From contig OZ076411.1 of the NCBI GenBank assembly GCA_964187785.1, positions 54,870,001 to 54,934,000 of the forward strand: a stretch of 64,000 bases of DNA. The letters are read 5' to 3'. The position numbers and the translations under genes are program-made. Positions 62,501-64,000 of this stretch are shown one piece after another. The notes below the pieces were generated by a model, which was not told where the DNA came from, made no database searches, and saw only the letters and a program-made list of their open reading frames with translations. Within the stretch, counting starts at the first letter, position 1. Every line of letters begins with the position of its first letter. The DNA comes from Amphiscolops sp. MND2022. Lineage: Eukaryota.

Positions 62501-64000
62501 TCGCTGATTAGTCAGATTTCGAAAACAACATCGTAGCAGTGCGAGAGCGATTAAAACGTACAGCATCCTTCGAGCACTTCTGTTCGTTCTATCCTTTCTG
62601 TAACCAAATTGTCTCGGTCAATATTGTTTCGGACTGTCAATCTCGAACTTCTGACTTGACTTTTTGGTATTACGCTTCTGTGTTTAGGGTTGTGATCGGA
62701 GTTTGTTCCGTATCATATCATTGTTGAACCCTGATCCGCGGCAGTTTTTGCCACCGATCGCGCCTAAATCGATCCAATTTTTCGATCGTATTGGAATGTC
62801 TCTATTTCGGGATAACCATGGGATGTAAGGGCGGCATTTGATTTGGCTGACACTCGTGAATTCAAGTGGGATAGTCAACACTTCCCTCGCTCTGGCGTTT
62901 TTGGGTTTTCATTTAGGAAAATTTTAGAAAACGTTCTGTAGTGACTCTGGGTTGTAATCCACATTTAATATTTCAACCTGGTTTCAAAGGCGTCTGCATG
63001 GATATAAGCTTCTTGTTTTCTACGGTCGAGCTGGTAGCATTTGCAACTGCGATCAACTTGCGCCTGAAAAGCTTCTGATGTGATAAGTCGAATTTGTCTC
63101 GAAGTGTTATTCTTTGATTCAGGTTTCCTTTGGGTCTTTCGATTGCCTGACATTGGAGCAAAGTTTCGTCTCGGCTTTCATTGAACAGTCAGCAATTGGC
63201 ATGGTGAAGTTTGGTCAATTGAATTAGCGTGTGTGTGATTGACTCGTGTGCGATACCTGGTATCAGATCTGGAAGTCAATCTTTCGAAAATACGAAAGTT
63301 CGATTCGCTGAAATTGCAGTTTTCCAGTCACTTTTGTGAACTGACAAGTATTGTAGGTAAATGATACCCACCAATCATTGTATTTTGTGGTGAATTTTCT
63401 AGCGTGTAGCTTGCCCCCATAGACGCACAGCACCATGGAAATTGAGTAGGACACGAGTTTTGCCATTTTGACGTGAAGTCGAACAGGACTCAGGTTAAGC
63501 TGTAGGATTGATATGCTTTTTAAATTACCAATTTTGAGTGCCAATTCTCAACTGATTTGCTTTGATTGTTGATGCTCTCTGGTTTGTCATCTTTGAGCTC
63601 AGCTAAGTGCAGTTTCTGATCGCATGTTTGAGTTACCTGACTTTTGTAAATGATTCCAATCTCGATATTGTCACGTTAATAGCTTTGTCGTTCCTTGGTC
63701 GGATTTCCAAAACGGCATCGTAGCAGCTGGAGAGCGATTGAAACACACAGCTTCCTTCGAGCACTTCTATTCATTCCATTTCGGTACCCAAATAGTCTCG
63801 ATCAGTATTGTTCGGACTGTCAATCTCGAACTTCTGACTTGACTTTTTGGTATTACGCTTCTGTGTTTAGGGTTGTGATCGGAGTATGTTCCGGATCATA
63901 TCATGTAATGAGCCCTGATCCGCTGCAATTTTTGCCACCGATCGCGCCTGAATCGATCCAATTTTTCGATCGTTTTGGAATGTCTTATTTCGGGATAACC
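56570..64000. repeat. Intronic tandem array of ~1176-bp units, >=6 copies, continuing past the window end
   Basis: gagcacttct marker at 56596, 57770, 59047, 60220, 61396, 62572 and 63759; recurring ORFs in the track with 1173-1277 bp spacing. Confidence 0.97.

Noticed and set aside
56570-64000. Array as snRNA, 5S or spliced-leader RNA gene cluster
   Set aside because: An Sm-like AATTTTTG occurs in each unit, but I found no recognisable U1/U2/U4/U5/U6 or 5S sequence on either strand. An Rfam/Infernal scan would settle it.
38900-64000. CRISPR array
   Set aside because: Units are hundreds to >1000 bp with no constant short repeat plus unique spacers, and the context is eukaryotic.

Overview
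AT-rich, repeat-dense eukaryotic genomic DNA with GT-AG introns. It is probably from an invertebrate animal; this is inferred from the L2/CR1, RTE, Ty3/gypsy, Ty1/copia, hAT and Tc1-type MITE content. The one clearly supported host gene is a CHD1/CHD2-type chromatin remodeler on the + strand. I could reconstruct 12 in-frame coding exons from 42861 to 56063, covering the N-terminus, tandem chromodomains and SNF2 ATPase lobe 1 into lobe 2. Its first exon was not found and its 3' part lies beyond the window. The left 35 kb is mostly decayed transposons: a gypsy element, an internally deleted hAT with intact ends and 8-bp TSD, two L2/CR1 LINEs, a tandemly duplicated dead copia (one copy carries an RTE LINE flanked by a 137-bp target duplication), and several MITE or Helentron-like families. 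The features not explained by known families are a ~1.18-kb tandem array (>=6 units, 56570 to window end) inside a CHD1 intron, with two subfamilies and a decayed-coding signature, and an older ~370/740-bp degenerate array at ~38.9-41.9 kb. A ~35-bp motif from the older array recurs beside the younger one. A duplicated, stop-containing splice acceptor lies just upstream of the chromodomain-2 exon. No CRISPR, rRNA or intact tRNA gene is supported.
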